Assembly (NCBI GenBank): GCA_977862235.1 | Contig: OZ374559.1 | Location: 806,001 to 870,000 of the forward strand | Direction of reading: 5' to 3' | DNA: 64,000 nucleotides | From: Dudresnaya verticillata | Taxonomy: Eukaryota | Shown here: positions 62,534 through 64,000 of the stretch, piece by piece | Layout: each line of letters starts with the position of its first letter | How positions within the stretch are numbered: position 1 is the first letter of the stretch | Made by a program: the position numbers and the translations under genes | The notes under the pieces: model-generated | Databases searched by the model: none | Told to the model about the DNA's origin: nothing | What the model saw: the letters and a program-made list of their open reading frames with translations, nothing else

Positions 62534-64000
62534 GATAGTATGCGGGATGGAATCAAACTTTTCGCGTTTAGAGTTAAAGACGTGCAAAAATATTGAAGCT
62601 TACTGGGTCGGATCTCCGCTTTTCAAAGCTTTCCCCGCCCAGTTCGATTGACCATTCTCGCATGGGTATGCTGCTTTCGCTAGTTTCTGTCAGCTAGGAG
62701 GGCAATCCGCCTTCGAATGCGAACCGGCGTTTAGCTGCCTGCGTAGGACCACTTCAGAACAATCAGTAAGGATGCAAGGTCGTTTAAGACTCCCAGCGAG
62801 ATGTGAATAATATTCGTAGGCCGTAAGGTGGCGTCCGTGCTCTCGCTTTAATTACTAGATCTAGTATTTTCCCCATGCCACTGCATTCCGTTCTTTATTG
62901 CACTGAAGCAACGCCTGTAGCCTGAAAACAGAAGTCTCGAGTAGCCATTTGAATATATTCTCATCGTTCTGCTCAAACGATTGATTATTGGATGAGCAGA
63001 ATGGATGCAAAGAGATAAAGGCCAGAATCTTTGAAGGAATGCATACTTGGTCCTGCATATATTATGATGGACTTCTACCGCATTGAAGGTTTTTAAAAGG
63101 ATCCAATACGGGGACCTTTATAGAGAGGAGATAATTATTAAAGGGAAAGCAATTACGACTCCCTCCAATACTCAACAAATTTTGCTAAAACAAGAGTCGA
63201 GAAACATTTCTTGACGATGGAATGGAAAGGAATTGTAGACTACTCTCCAGAGCAAACGCACATGTACACACGGACACCGGCTGGAGCCCGCAATCTCCAT
63301 TGTACATCTAGGGAAAAGCATCCACTGAGCTAATTATTATTATTATAGATGTATTTATTTATGCCAATATGCGGAGAAGAATAAAGAACGATCTTTGGAA
63401 AGACCATGCGCTTTACCCCTAGATGCTACAGTTCTGTAAACTTATTTTTTTCTCGTAGTTGTTTATCAGCCTACACGCACAGGAAACAATCTCTCTGCAT
63501 CTTGCAATGCAGTATGTCTGGAAGCCATTTCTTGGTATGCGTTAAGGCCAAGCTTCCACAACCATAACTGAGGTGGCAGATGGTCAACCTAACTGTCATT
63601 ACAAACACTCTCTACAATGTCCAGTCCCGAGCGCTGTTATTAAACCAACAACTTGGAACAAGAATGTTCTAGCAACTGTTGCGAAAAGTGCATTCACGCA
63701 TACAACGACAGATCTGTAATAGCCAGTTTTTATCGCTCCATCACTGACGCCTATTTGAGAGTCCTGTGCCAATTCAAACGTTGCCCTTTTAAGGAGACTG
63801 TTTGTGTATTATAAACAAACGATCCTGTTTGGACCCCATGGAAACTCTACGGTCATAACGTACAAAGAAAAGACCGAAGTACCCGTACACAGAACCTATA
63901 CGTGAAGGCAAAATGTGATGCTAGGAATCGAAACAGGATTACCACGATATCCAACGATACCCATCTCGCGGGTATCGATGGTACCGCCACACAACCCTTG

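Overview
Eukaryotic genomic DNA, with short GT-AG introns, TATA boxes and chromodomain-Gypsy and DIRS retroelements. A florideophyte red alga is my best guess, but that is inference only. Bases 1-~44,000 are a layered tandem gene array. A 4,549-bp unit is repeated about 5.5 times almost perfectly (1-24,979; it starts left of the window), followed by three older, diverged units. In total the array holds 9 copies (types A x6, B x2, C x1) of an intronless gene for a secreted, cationic protein with two 6-Cys beta-defensin-like domains, a Pro/Thr/Arg linker and a variable basic tail. The array is interrupted by a decayed chromodomain Ty3/Gypsy element (24,980-~30,631, minus strand) fused to a truncated DIRS-type retrotransposon (~30,632-33,101). 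The right part holds a 4-exon secreted protein with an N-terminal His and LPMO/histidine-brace-like motifs (46,436-47,595), a Bfr1/PPI1-like coiled-coil gene, and a 3-exon secreted metallo-beta-lactamase-fold hydrolase (61,339-62,533). It also contains a solo LTR, LINE-like tails, gene fragments, a decayed WD40 region and a 79-bp foldback element. Best candidates for new biology: the amplified double-defensin-like array and the LPMO-like gene.
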